A DNA stretch of 64,000 nt from Nitrososphaeria archaeon (GTDB lineage Archaea; Thermoproteota; Nitrososphaeria; JACIWG01), in NCBI GenBank assembly GCA_963752255.1, contig CAVVXT010000012.1, positions 128,001 through 192,000 of the forward strand, given 5' to 3'. This document shows, piece by piece, positions 41,437 to 52,135 of the stretch (position 1 is the stretch's first letter; every line of letters begins with the position of its first letter). A program made the position numbers and the translations under genes. A model generated the notes under the pieces. It was not told the origin of the DNA. It did no database searches and saw only the letters and a program-made list of their open reading frames with translations.

Positions 41437-42133
41437 ATGCCCCAAAAGATCATATATTATCCGCATCCAAGAATGTATCTCACTATTCTTGTGGTTTTAT
41501 TATTTATAATAGCTATATTGTTTTTCTTCGGATTCATAGGAATCGCCTTCAACAAAATCGGTCTCAGTACGGGTGTTGTAATAATCATACTTATAGGAAC
41601 CCTTTTGGGAAGTTCTAGTCAACATACCATTATTCAAGATGCGATCAACTATCCCCATTGTTAGAACACAAGAAGTCAATTTCTATGGGCTAACATTTAA
41701 AATCCCCACAATCAATGAGGGAATAAACTACACGACTATCTCAATAAATCTTGGAGGTGCAATAATACCGATCATCGTCAGCACATATCTCTTGATAAAG
41801 AACCCTGACTCATTATTATACGGAGTAGTTAGTATAACTATAGTTACTTTTATAACCCATTTGGTCGCAAAACCTAGACCAGGAATAGGAATAGTGTCGC
41901 CCGCATTTATACCGCCGGTCGTCGCCGCCCTATCAGCTTTACTTCTCCCTATACCCTCGCTTCATCGACCGATCGTTGCTTACGTAGGAGGAGTGATGGG
42001 TACTCTTATCGGTGCCGACCTAACTAATCTACATAAAATAGGTGTACTAGGGGCACCGGTGGCAAGTATAGGGGGAGCGGGAACTTTTGACGGCATATTC
42101 TTAAGTGGAATTCTTGCAGCTATACTTGCTTAA
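41437..42133 (+). CDS. DUF1614 membrane protein, frameshifted near 41613
   Basis: GS.VNIP restored by removing one T; INLGGAIIP, GTLIGADL, SIGGAGTFDGIFL. Confidence 0.85.
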
Positions 42134-42144
42134 ATTAATTATAT

Positions 42145-42513
42145 CTATTTAGACAAGTCGAAAAGCTTCTGTTTTAGCTTCGCGGCCTCTAACACATCTA
42201 TTGCATCACCACCTTCCCTATATTGCTCTAATGCTTTCTCACAGTAGGGCAGGCCCTGTTTAGCTTTTAATTTCATGTCTGTTTGCTGAGCTAGGATATT
42301 TTTTACGACCTCCAGATACCAGTCTCCACTCATCTTGAAGTCTTCAAGGTTCTTGTAGCATTCAGCAAGCCACTTGCAGTATTCAACCCTTTCCAGAAGA
42401 GTTTTACTTTTGTCATTAACCCCTTTTTCCAAGATCGAAATAGCGCTTCTATATTCTCCGCGATGTATTAGGCTAATAATGTCAGGTAGGCTCAAAGAAG
42501 TACCACACAGCAT
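42145..42513 (-). CDS. Small all-helical TPR-like protein
   Basis: GEYRSAISILEK, LAECYKNLEDF and EKALEQY show helical-repeat patterns. Confidence 0.6.
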   Translation of the reverse strand: MLCGTSLSLPDIISLIHRGEYRSAISILEKGVNDKSKTLLERVEYCKWLAECYKNLEDFKMSGDWYLEVVKNILAQQTDMKLKAKQGLPYCEKALEQYREGGDAIDVLEAAKLKQKLFDLSK

Positions 42514-42580
42514 TACATCATCGATATAAATAAAAACTTTTATTAAATAATAAAGGAGTCCGCTCTAAATTATAAAGATT

Positions 42581-43549
42581 TTAGATTGCAAGATCTTTTG
42601 CAATTTTTAGCATGGTAATATCCTTCTCAGAAAGAACTCTCTTACCACCAGTTAACGTGCGCGTGCATATTTTTCCGTTGTCTGTTCCAACCATGACATT
42701 CTTATTATTATCTAACAGACTTTCGACCGCTTTGCTGCCGAATAGGGTTGCTAGAACCCTTGAACGCACTGTAGGGGAGCCTCCCCGCTGAATGTAACCT
42801 ATAGAAGAGAATCTAACTTCGGCGTCGATAGCACTCTTAAGCTCTTCGGCAAGAAGATAGCCGTTTGCAGCTCCTTCTGCCATAACAATAATCGTTGAAA
42901 TCTTCCCCATGTTCTTCATCTTGTTGTATTCCTTTGCTAGATCATTAAGCTTAAACGGCATTTCTGGGATGAGTATAAACTCGGCCCCTGCAGCAAATCC
43001 AACGGTAACTGCTATAAATCCGCTTCCCCTTCCCATCACTTCAACTACGAAAAGCCTTTCTAGAGATATTGCTGTGTCCCTAATTTTATCGATCGCCTCA
43101 AGAGCCGTGTTGACTGCCGTGTCAAACCCTATAGTTTCCTCCGTCCCCAGTATGTCGTTATCTATCGACGCAGGAATACCCACTATGGAAACATCCGATT
43201 TCCTAGAAATTTGCTCTGCTGCCCTAAATGTCCCATCCCCACCTATAGCTATAAGATGGTCCAGTCCAATTTCATTCAAGTTCTTTGCCGCGAGCTCGAT
43301 TCCTTCACTTGACTTTATTTCCTCACATCTTGCTGTCTTAAGAATCGTCCCGCCAAGATTTATTATCCCCCCAACACTCCTCGATGTTAAGTGTTCAAAG
43401 TCGTTCTCCAAAAGTCCCCTATAACCTCTTTTTATGCCTATTACCTTTACATCATTTGCAAGTAGGGACCTAACACAGCATCTTATAGCCGCGTTCATAC
43501 CGGGAGCGTCTCCTCCTGGTGTAATTATACCGACTGTAGTTTTTGTCAT
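42581..43549 (-). CDS. pfkA: ATP-dependent 6-phosphofructokinase (PfkA family)
   Basis: GGDAPGMNA, GGTILKTAR, GGDGT, SIDND, GFDTA, EVMGR, QRGG. Confidence 0.95.
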   Translation of the reverse strand: MTKTTVGIITPGGDAPGMNAAIRCCVRSLLANDVKVIGIKRGYRGLLENDFEHLTSRSVGGIINLGGTILKTARCEEIKSSEGIELAAKNLNEIGLDHLIAIGGDGTFRAAEQISRKSDVSIVGIPASIDNDILGTEETIGFDTAVNTALEAIDKIRDTAISLERLFVVEVMGRGSGFIAVTVGFAAGAEFILIPEMPFKLNDLAKEYNKMKNMGKISTIIVMAEGAANGYLLAEELKSAIDAEVRFSSIGYIQRGGSPTVRSRVLATLFGSKAVESLLDNNKNVMVGTDNGKICTRTLTGGKRVLSEKDITMLKIAKDLAI

Positions 43550-43696
43550 GCTATAACACTGCTCGAGAAGAACTGTTATTAAGCTTATTCTAAGTAGAAC
43601 TTGGAGCTTAGAGGAATGTTATCATTAGCTGTAATCAAAATAGCTTTCCTATAACGACATATAAGTTTAAGAACTTGCAGCAGTAGACGAATACTT

Positions 43697-44776
43697 ATGC
43701 CTTCAAAAGAGGAGTTGTTATCCGGTAGAAGAGTAAGAGGATCGAAACCTATCGGTGTCGAGAGTATTGTAAGTCTGATAGAAGGCTTTGATAGGTCAGG
43801 AGCATATAATGCAGGAAGATTAGCTGAATCATGTAGACTATATGAACGGATGATAAAGAACAAGTCGACGATAGCACTGACTCTAGCTGGCGCTTTCACA
43901 CCAACTGGACTTGGAGGATACATAAACTTAGCAATAGAAAAAGGTCTTGTGGATGTGATAATATCAACCGGCTCAAATTTGTACCATGATATCCACCTTG
44001 CTCTAGATCTACCTATCTATCAGGGTACATCTAATGTCGACGATCAAATTCTTCTGAAAGAAGGAATAGTCAGAATATATGACCTCTTCCTTCCGAATGA
44101 GACATTATTCGAGTCGGACAAGTTTGTACAGGATGCTGTAAAAGAATATGGCTTTAAGGCTAAAGGACCTATATCTACCTCAGAGCTACATTACATCCTC
44201 GGTAAGAAATTGCTTGAAACTGCGCCCAGAACCGGTGAGTCAATCCTTGCTACTGCTGCAAAATATAATGTGCCAGTGTATACGTCTTCCCCGGGAGATT
44301 CCAGCATTGGAATGAACACGGCTAAACTGAAGTTGGAAGATAAGGGCGTTACTATAGACCCAGATATTGATGTTCTAGAAACATCCGCAATAATCTACAA
44401 CAGCAACAAGAACGGAGTTATAGTTCTAGGCGGAGGGTCTCCTAAGAATTTCTACTTCCAGACACAACCAATGTTGGAACAGATACTTAATATTGGAAAA
44501 GGAGGACATGATTACGTAATTCAATTATCTGTGGACGTCCCACAATATGGAGGACTTTCGGGTGCAACTTTACAGGAGGCAGTATCATGGGGAAAAATCA
44601 AACCAAGGGAAGTAGTTAACAAGGTTACTGTCTATGCGGATATTACGATCGCTGCGCCTTTATTGTTCTCCTATGTTCTGGCAAAGAACTACAAGGAGGA
44701 GCCAAAGAGAATTTATCTCCACAGGGAAAGCTGGTTGCAAAAGCTAAAGAATGACTTCCAAGAGCGGACCAAATGA
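43697..44776 (+). CDS. Deoxyhypusine synthase-family enzyme
   Basis: STGSNLYHD, SPGDSSIG, GGGSPKNF, GGLSGAT..EAVSWGKI with catalytic Lys. Confidence 0.9.
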   Translation: MPSKEELLSGRRVRGSKPIGVESIVSLIEGFDRSGAYNAGRLAESCRLYERMIKNKSTIALTLAGAFTPTGLGGYINLAIEKGLVDVIISTGSNLYHDIHLALDLPIYQGTSNVDDQILLKEGIVRIYDLFLPNETLFESDKFVQDAVKEYGFKAKGPISTSELHYILGKKLLETAPRTGESILATAAKYNVPVYTSSPGDSSIGMNTAKLKLEDKGVTIDPDIDVLETSAIIYNSNKNGVIVLGGGSPKNFYFQTQPMLEQILNIGKGGHDYVIQLSVDVPQYGGLSGATLQEAVSWGKIKPREVVNKVTVYADITIAAPLLFSYVLAKNYKEEPKRIYLHRESWLQKLKNDFQERTK

Positions 44777-45105
44777 GAAGTTTAAAAAAGTAATTTAACA
44801 CTTCCAGCATTGAACCATTTCATAGAGGAAGCTGAAAATTATTAACAGGGCTGTCTATAAGACGATCATTCTCATCGGATTGGTCAGCATTTTTCTTTCA
44901 GTTTATCATTTTGCCTTAAACTAATCATGTAAAGAATAGAACTTTTAACCTTGGGAGTAAAAGAACCTATGATTCTGAACCCAATAATGAAACCATGCAT
45001 AAAAAGGGATTATATAGCATTTCCTTTAATCAAACCCGCTCTTAAACTATAAAATTACATCTATAGTTATGGATCTTTCTTTAATTGAAAACTTGTAGAA
45101 AAAAA

Positions 45106-45669
45106 TTACACTTTAGGTCTATCAAAGTATATGTTCTTTCCAGACACTGAAAGAGGAATGCCCATAATTACATCCGCGTCTAAAAGATTCAGTTTCTTCG
45201 CCGCGAGACCGACTGTATACATGATTCTATTGTCAATCCCCCATTCGGCCGCCAACTTGACAACTGAGCCTAAAGCTATGCCAAGGTCCAACAGCGGAAA
45301 TATGCAATTAGGTCCAGAGAAATCAGCTTTAGCTTTTTTTTCCACCTCGCTGAAGTCGTTGCAAGTAGCATAGCCACATCCGCTACAATTTAGATCCCTT
45401 GCGTTTGAACCCTTGACTCCAATTAGAATCACAGAAACACTTTTGCGCACGTTGTCTGCATCTCTTTTAAACCAAGAAATACTTCTCTCATCAGATAACG
45501 AAACCAGTTTCTCTGCTATCTGCTCTTTTTCTTCTTCTGTTAACAGGCAAATTGAGACGTTGTCTCTACCTCTGGCCTTTGGTGCAGTCCTAGCGGCTAA
45601 AGCAATCTGTTCAGCTGCATCCCTGACAGCCTTATTCTTGAACTCCTCAAAATCTATTGGCATACCCAT
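45106..45669 (-). CDS. DUF2148 ferredoxin-domain protein
   Basis: AARTAPKARG, NCSGCGYATC, DLGIALGS, DNRIMY, KNIYFDR. Confidence 0.88.
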   Translation of the reverse strand: MGMPIDFEEFKNKAVRDAAEQIALAARTAPKARGRDNVSICLLTEEEKEQIAEKLVSLSDERSISWFKRDADNVRKSVSVILIGVKGSNARDLNCSGCGYATCNDFSEVEKKAKADFSGPNCIFPLLDLGIALGSVVKLAAEWGIDNRIMYTVGLAAKKLNLLDADVIMGIPLSVSGKNIYFDRPKV

Positions 45670-45791
45670 CTTATACTATTTTACACCTTTTTTAGTTTTT
45701 TGCCTAAAAGACTTTTTACAGAAGATATTTTGGCGGAAACAACTACAAATATATTCAAAAGATGTATGAATCAATTTTGATTATAACTAAT

Positions 45792-47345
45792 TTATTGAGG
45801 CTCTATCGTGGCTGGTGGTTTACTTGAGATACAGTAACTTGTCGAGGAGACGTTATTGACCTCGTTTGTGATCCGAGCACTCATCCTGTCTAGAACCTTT
45901 GAAGGCAACTTAACCCAATCGGCTGTCATACCATCCTTTGAAGTCACAACCTTTACTGTTACAATATATCCATATAGCCTTGAATCACCAAGCACAGCGA
46001 CCGCTCTATCATCACCTACGTAAGCAAAAGCTTGCCATATCCTACTATATATCCCAGAAACTTTCAGCTCTTCTTCGACTATGGCACTTGCTTCCCTGCA
46101 TATCCTAAGCTTTTCTTTGGTGACTTCACCGATAACTCTTACAGAAAGACCAGGGCCAGGGAAAGGATGGCGTTTGACAATAGTGTCCGGCAGTCCTAGA
46201 ACAGTTGCCGCTTTCCTAACTTCGTCTTTGTACAAGAAACGCAAAGGCTCAATGAGATAGTAGGACATCTCTAGGGGGAGACCGCCAACATTGTGATGGG
46301 TCTTGATTTTAGAGGCAGGTCCTCCTGTTTTAGCGCTTTCGATGACGTCAGGGTACAGTGTTCCTTGAGCAAGATACTTGAATGGGCCCTCCTTCGTCGA
46401 CACTTCGTTAAAAACTTCTATGAACGTTGCACCGACAATTTTTCTCTTTTCTTCCGGATCCGTTACACCTTTCAATCGATTTAGAAAAGTTTCAGAAGCG
46501 TCAACGTATACAGGATTCAATCCAAGCTGCTTGAGAGAACTAATAACTGCTTCAGATTCATCCTTTCTAAGTAGACCGTTATTCACGAAGACGCATACAA
46601 GGTTATTTTCAGCGATCTTCTTAACAAGTATAGCTGTGACGGTTGAATCTAAACCTCCACTAACGGCACATATTACTTTGCTACCATCATATTTAGACGC
46701 TATTTTGTCTAGCGTCTGCTTTATAAAAGAAGAGGGTTTCCAATTAGGTCTGCAACAACAGATCCTGAAAAGAAAATTCTTCAATATTTTCTTACCTTCA
46801 ACGGTGTGAACTACCTCCGGATGAAACTGCACTCCAAAGATTTTTTCAGTTCGATCAGAAAAAGCTGCATACCTAGCGTTTTTTGTTTTGGCTAATTCAA
46901 TAAACTCTGTAGGTAGGATGGTAACTTGATCACCGTGGCTCATCCAAACAGTTGTTCGTTGCTTAACGCCATATAGTAATTGGTCGGCTCTGATCACATC
47001 AATAAATGTTCGACCATATTCTTTGAGCACCCCTTTCGATATAATACCGCCAAATTGTGATGCAATAAGTTGATGTCCGTAACAGATTCCAAGAATCGGC
47101 AAGCCAAATGAATAAATAGTCTTGTCTATCTTAGGTGAATTCTCTTCATATATACTTGATGGACCTCCTGAGAATATAATTCCTTTCAAATTGGGAATAT
47201 TCTTTAGTGCCCCGGGGGCTTTATCATAGTTTATTACTTCACTATAGACTTTCAGCTCTCTTACTCTTCTACCAATTAAGTGAGCATATTGACCACCAAA
47301 ATCTATCACAGCAATAGAATCGGAAATATTATCCGTCTTAGCCAT
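45792..47345 (-). CDS. guaA: GMP synthase (fused GATase + ATP-PPase)
   Basis: DFGGQY, GICYG, QFHPEV, SGGLDS, IKTHHNVGG, PFPGPGL, KPPATIE. Confidence 0.97.
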   Translation of the reverse strand: MAKTDNISDSIAVIDFGGQYAHLIGRRVRELKVYSEVINYDKAPGALKNIPNLKGIIFSGGPSSIYEENSPKIDKTIYSFGLPILGICYGHQLIASQFGGIISKGVLKEYGRTFIDVIRADQLLYGVKQRTTVWMSHGDQVTILPTEFIELAKTKNARYAAFSDRTEKIFGVQFHPEVVHTVEGKKILKNFLFRICCCRPNWKPSSFIKQTLDKIASKYDGSKVICAVSGGLDSTVTAILVKKIAENNLVCVFVNNGLLRKDESEAVISSLKQLGLNPVYVDASETFLNRLKGVTDPEEKRKIVGATFIEVFNEVSTKEGPFKYLAQGTLYPDVIESAKTGGPASKIKTHHNVGGLPLEMSYYLIEPLRFLYKDEVRKAATVLGLPDTIVKRHPFPGPGLSVRVIGEVTKEKLRICREASAIVEEELKVSGIYSRIWQAFAYVGDDRAVAVLGDSRLYGYIVTVKVVTSKDGMTADWVKLPSKVLDRMSARITNEVNNVSSTSYCISSKPPATIEPQ

Positions 47346-47484
47346 GTGCCCTATGTCGTAAAAGTTGTATATTAAAATTTGTCATCAAAGCAGATTTTTT
47401 AAACACAAGAACATCCTTTGGAGGAAATCTTAACCTACTGGAATAATCCAAAATAAACATAAATATCAACATTAGAAGTTAAGG

Positions 47485-48525
47485 ATGGAAAAAATAATGA
47501 AGGCTGCAGTATTTTATGCACCGTCAGATATAAGAATAGAGGATAAGCCTATACCTTCTGTAACTGGAAAAGAGATCTTAGTAAGAATAAAGGCGGCGGC
47601 GATCTGTGGAACAGACCTCAGAATATATAAAGGTACAAAGAAGATTAAAACCCCTAGAATAATTGGACACGAATTCGCTGGTGACATAGAGAAGGTGGGA
47701 GATGGAACAGAATTTAGAAAAGGAGATAGGGTTACAGTATATCCGGTAATATCGTGTGGTAAATGTTACGCTTGCATGATGGGTAGGCCTAACATATGCA
47801 TCCAGCGACCCACAATAGGCTACGATTACGATGGCGGCTTTGCAGAATACGTCAAGATCCCCTCAAATGCTATAGATACGAATTCGGTTACAAAGCTGCC
47901 AGATTCGATTTCATATGAAGAGGCAGCAATAACTGAGCCGTTAGCAGCCTGTTTGAATGGTGTTTTAAGATTAGACGTAAAACAGGGTGAACATGTATGG
48001 GTCGTGGGTGCAGGTCCAATAGGGTTAATGCACGTTCAACTTGTGAGACTGACTGGCGCAAGTAAGGTAATAGTTAGTGAAGTGAATGAGTTTAGAGCGA
48101 ATAAGGCAGCGAAACTTGGGGCTGATGTTGTAATAAACCCTGTAAAAGAAGACGTATTCCAAAGAATAATGAAGGAGACAGGGGGAATAGGAGCAGACAA
48201 GATCATAATTGCAGCGGGAGTACCGAAATTGATCGAAGACTCTCTTAAGGCTGCAAGAAAGGGCGCCAGAATCGTTATCTTTGCGGGGTCACCTGAGGGC
48301 TCGTTTATAACACTTGACCCCAACATTATCCATTATAAAGAAATCGAGCTTACAGGGTCGTCAGCGTCAACACCTTATCTACACAAAAAGGCTATTGAGC
48401 TCGTCAGCAGCGGCAGAATAGATCTGAAATCTCTTATAACACATAGACTTAGGCTAGAGGAAATAGTGAAGGGTCTTGAGATGAAAGAAATGGTAGAAGG
48501 GTTGAAGACGTTAATAATGCCGTGA
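47485..48525 (+). CDS. Zn-dependent polyol dehydrogenase (MDR family)
   Basis: ICGTD, GHE, structural Zn CxxCxxC...C, GAGPIG. Confidence 0.92.
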   Translation: MEKIMKAAVFYAPSDIRIEDKPIPSVTGKEILVRIKAAAICGTDLRIYKGTKKIKTPRIIGHEFAGDIEKVGDGTEFRKGDRVTVYPVISCGKCYACMMGRPNICIQRPTIGYDYDGGFAEYVKIPSNAIDTNSVTKLPDSISYEEAAITEPLAACLNGVLRLDVKQGEHVWVVGAGPIGLMHVQLVRLTGASKVIVSEVNEFRANKAAKLGADVVINPVKEDVFQRIMKETGGIGADKIIIAAGVPKLIEDSLKAARKGARIVIFAGSPEGSFITLDPNIIHYKEIELTGSSASTPYLHKKAIELVSSGRIDLKSLITHRLRLEEIVKGLEMKEMVEGLKTLIMP

Positions 48526-48564
48526 CAAAATACTTATCTACATCCGTTTTAATTCTACAATATT

Positions 48565-49170
48565 ATGAAAACTAAATTAGACGAGCTGAAGGAGGAGTGT
48601 ATTCAGATATCGCAGGAAGCTTACAGAAGGGGTCTGATATCTGCCACAGGTGGAAACATTAGCGCTAGACTTCCAGGAGAAGAGACAGTTATAATCAAAA
48701 GGACAGGTGCCTCTTTTAGAAACCTCAACCTGAATGACATTATTACAATTGACTTGAACGGAAATGTTGTTGAAGGACAAGGTAAGCCATCGAAAGAAAT
48801 CAATCTTCATCTTGGAATTTACAAGGTTAGAAGCGAAGTCAACGCAATCTTCCACTTACACTCGATAGCGGCAACAGCATTTGCTACAGCAGGTAAAGAG
48901 GTCCCTTTAGTAACTACTCAAGCGTATAAAATACTTGGGAAGTGTCCATTAGTTGGGTATGGGCCACCCGGTTCATTAGAGCTCGCCGAGAAGAATAAGG
49001 AAGTCTTTAAAGATAAGAGTGTAAAAGTTGCGGTACTTCAGAGCCATGGCACCACAGCTGTAGGCCGTGACCTAGAAGAAGCTTACAATTATGCGGACTT
49101 ACTTGAGGCAACAGCCCAGATTGCTCTATTCTGTAGCCTGATAGGAAAGCCTATGCCGATTCCCTACTGA
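48565..49170 (+). CDS. Class II aldolase / ribulose-5-phosphate 4-epimerase family
   Basis: GGNISAR, KPSKE..LH, HLHS, SHG. Confidence 0.92.
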   Translation: MKTKLDELKEECIQISQEAYRRGLISATGGNISARLPGEETVIIKRTGASFRNLNLNDIITIDLNGNVVEGQGKPSKEINLHLGIYKVRSEVNAIFHLHSIAATAFATAGKEVPLVTTQAYKILGKCPLVGYGPPGSLELAEKNKEVFKDKSVKVAVLQSHGTTAVGRDLEEAYNYADLLEATAQIALFCSLIGKPMPIPY

Positions 49171-49177
49171 TTACGTT

Positions 49178-50696
49178 ATGTCCTACCTGATAGGAATAGA
49201 CGTAGGGACAAGTAGTACCAAGAGTGAGATCTTTAGCCTTGACGGAAAGTCTATTTCAACAGGGCAAGAAGGAGTATTCTCTACTTTATCCCGCCATAGG
49301 CCTTGTTGAAGAAGATCCGGAAATAGGCTGGTGGAACGCGCTTAGGTCAACTGTAAAAGAAGCCCTGAAGACTTCTCGAATATCCCCAAAAGATGTAGTC
49401 GGAGTCTGCGTCAGTGGGACAAACGCTTGTGTGCCCGTAGGAAAAGATGGTGAAGCTCTTATGAACGCGATTATGCAGCTTGACAACAGAAGTTCTTTAT
49501 GCGCAAATAAAATGAAGAATGTTATAGGAGAGGACAGGGTGTTCAAGATAACGGGAAATAGGATTGCACCAGGCACCTTTATGGCACCCACAATACTTTG
49601 GATCAAAGAGAATTTACCCGCACTTTTCAATAAAGTGCACAAGTTTCTGGTTCCAACAGGATTCGCAACGATGAAACTTACAGGCAATTACACAATAGAC
49701 TGGTCAAGATGCTCTACAACCCTTTTATACGATATTAGAAAAGGCAAGAAGTGGTCAGAAGAGATCTGTAATTTATTGGATATACCGATAGATAAATTGC
49801 CTGAACCTCACATATCAACTGATGTCATCGGCGAAGTCTCAGCTAAAGCATCAGAAGAGACAGGACTCGCGGCAGGTACTCCGGTAGTAGCGGGCTGCAT
49901 GGACACTGTAGGCGCTGCCATTGGGTCAGCAGTGTTAGACTCAGGTGATACATTTTACACCCTCGGCACATTGGGGAGACTCTGCTGCTGCCTTAGTAAA
50001 CCCCAATTCGATATGAGATATATCAACGTTTGCCACGCTATTGAGGATAGATGGCTTGCTATGGGATTGATGCATGGAGGAGGTTTAGCATTAAGATGGT
50101 TCAGGGACGAGTTCGGATCATTTGAGGTCACGAAAGCGCAGAAGACAGGAAGATCGCCTTATGAGATTTTTGACGAGGAAGCCGCGAAAGTGTCAGCGGG
50201 TTCAAGGAACATAATATTCTTACCATATATGTCGGGTGAAAGAAGTCCTATCTGGGATCCTAAAGCAAGGGGAGTTTTCTTTGGTTTTACTGCTCAGCAT
50301 AAAAGAAGCGATTTTATTAGAGCGATTGAAGAAGGAGTAGCATATAGCCTCCGCCATAACCTGGAAACATTTGAAGACATTGGTTTCAAAGTAGACAAAA
50401 TGAGGATGGGCGGGGGAGGTGCGAAAAGCATGCTGTGGAGGCAGATCATTTCCGATGTAACTGGTAAAAAAATAGAGATAACTCAAAATTTGGCCACTGA
50501 AAACATTGGAGATGCTCTGATAGCAGGATTAGGTGTGAAAGTGTTTCGGAACATCGATGATGTCAGAAGGACAGTTAAGGTTGGAGATGAAATAGAGCCG
50601 AATATGGAAAATTACAAGCTGTATACAAAGATGTTTGGCATCTACAAAAATCTCTATGAGCATTTAAAAGAGGATTTTGAGGATCTTGTCTTATAA
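49178..50696 (+). CDS. FGGY carbohydrate kinase (xylulokinase-like), frameshifted near 49263
   Basis: True start MSYLIGIDVGTSSTK at 49178; LPYMSGERSP, RAIEEG, GGGAKS. Confidence 0.9.
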
Positions 50697-50766
50697 GAGA
50701 CTCGAACCCCCTCGGCTTCTCTGCGATAGGTTGTAATCTATTTTTCTTCTCTTACGAAAAGACAGT

Positions 50767-51918
50767 TTATTGTTTAAGCTTCTCTAAGTACTTTAGAGCT
50801 TCGTCGACCGCCCCTTTCTTGTTTGTCAAACCGAGACTATTTCCTGCAACCTCCAATGCGGCTGTAAATGAAATAGCGTCATTTGCTGAGATAATTCCAA
50901 AATGGCCTATCCTCAACATCGAATCCCTATGTTCGTAGAGACCTTTAGCCAACTGGATATTGAACTGTTCTTTTAACCTCGCGTGCAGGTCTCCAGCTCT
51001 ATTATTGGGCACATAGAAAGCAGTTACCGTGTCAGCCCTGTGACCTTCTTCTGCAACTATCCTGAAACCTAATGCCTCAATGCCCGCTCTTATCGCGTTA
51101 GCAACCATCTTGTGTCTTAGCCACCTCTTTTCTAAGCCTTCTCCCTTTAATTCTATCAAAGCTTCCCTTAAAGCTACAATAAGATTAACAGCCGGTGTCG
51201 CAAGATATAAAACAGGATTCTCCATTATCTTCTTCCACTTAAGTAAATCCATGTAATATGATTGAATAGGCACTTTCCTATTCACCATCACTTCAAGCGC
51301 TTTCTTCGATACTACAGACAACGACAACCCTGGAGGGGCAGCTATCGCCTTCTGCGAGCCTGTTAAAGCTACGTCAACACCCCAGTCATCGAAATAAAGT
51401 TCAACCCCACCAACGCCGCTCACCGAATCGACAACGCTCAAAACTCCATGGCGCTTAGCTATAGCCACAACATCTTTAACAGAATTTATTACACCGACGG
51501 CTGTATCGACGTGGGTGACAAAGAGAGCTTTATATCTGCTATGTGACAACTTCTCATCTATCTCTTCCAAACTCGGCACTCTTCCAAGCTCAGGTTTAAC
51601 GACATCGACTTTAGCCTGATGGATACCAGCTATAGTTCCAAAACGCTCTCCAAAATGACCGGTGTCTATAACGAGCACTCTATCTCCCGGTTCAAGGAGA
51701 CTTACTACAATTGACTCCATCATAAGGGTCGCTGAACCCGTCAGTATGTAAGGGAAACCATCTTTAGTTTGAAACAAATACTTGGTGAGCTCAAGTGCCT
51801 CCGAATACATTTTAACGAATTCAGGATCTACATGGTTTCTCTGCGGTTGACTCAGAGCGCTTAAAACTTTTGACGGGAGCATCGTTGGACCCGGAATAAG
51901 TAATAATTCTTCGCCCAT
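50767..51918 (-). CDS. Class V aminotransferase (alanine-glyoxylate / serine-pyruvate type)
   Basis: LLIPGP, VDSVSG, TGSQKA..PPGL, RIGH. Confidence 0.93.
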   Translation of the reverse strand: MGEELLLIPGPTMLPSKVLSALSQPQRNHVDPEFVKMYSEALELTKYLFQTKDGFPYILTGSATLMMESIVVSLLEPGDRVLVIDTGHFGERFGTIAGIHQAKVDVVKPELGRVPSLEEIDEKLSHSRYKALFVTHVDTAVGVINSVKDVVAIAKRHGVLSVVDSVSGVGGVELYFDDWGVDVALTGSQKAIAAPPGLSLSVVSKKALEVMVNRKVPIQSYYMDLLKWKKIMENPVLYLATPAVNLIVALREALIELKGEGLEKRWLRHKMVANAIRAGIEALGFRIVAEEGHRADTVTAFYVPNNRAGDLHARLKEQFNIQLAKGLYEHRDSMLRIGHFGIISANDAISFTAALEVAGNSLGLTNKKGAVDEALKYLEKLKQ

Positions 51919-52135
51919 AATTTCCCCATCAGAATGGTCTATATAATTATTTAAGTCAACAATTATAATTAAGACCCTCTCCTCGAATCGTCTTAGATTT
52001 TCTTGACTCTATTAATATCGCTGACACGTTCGCCTTTAAACCGCTGTAAGAAAAGCAAACGTCCAGTTAATATTGCCTACTTATTGCAGGACATAAAGTG
52101 AAGTATTGCGATAGGGAAAAAAATAGGTACGCCTC

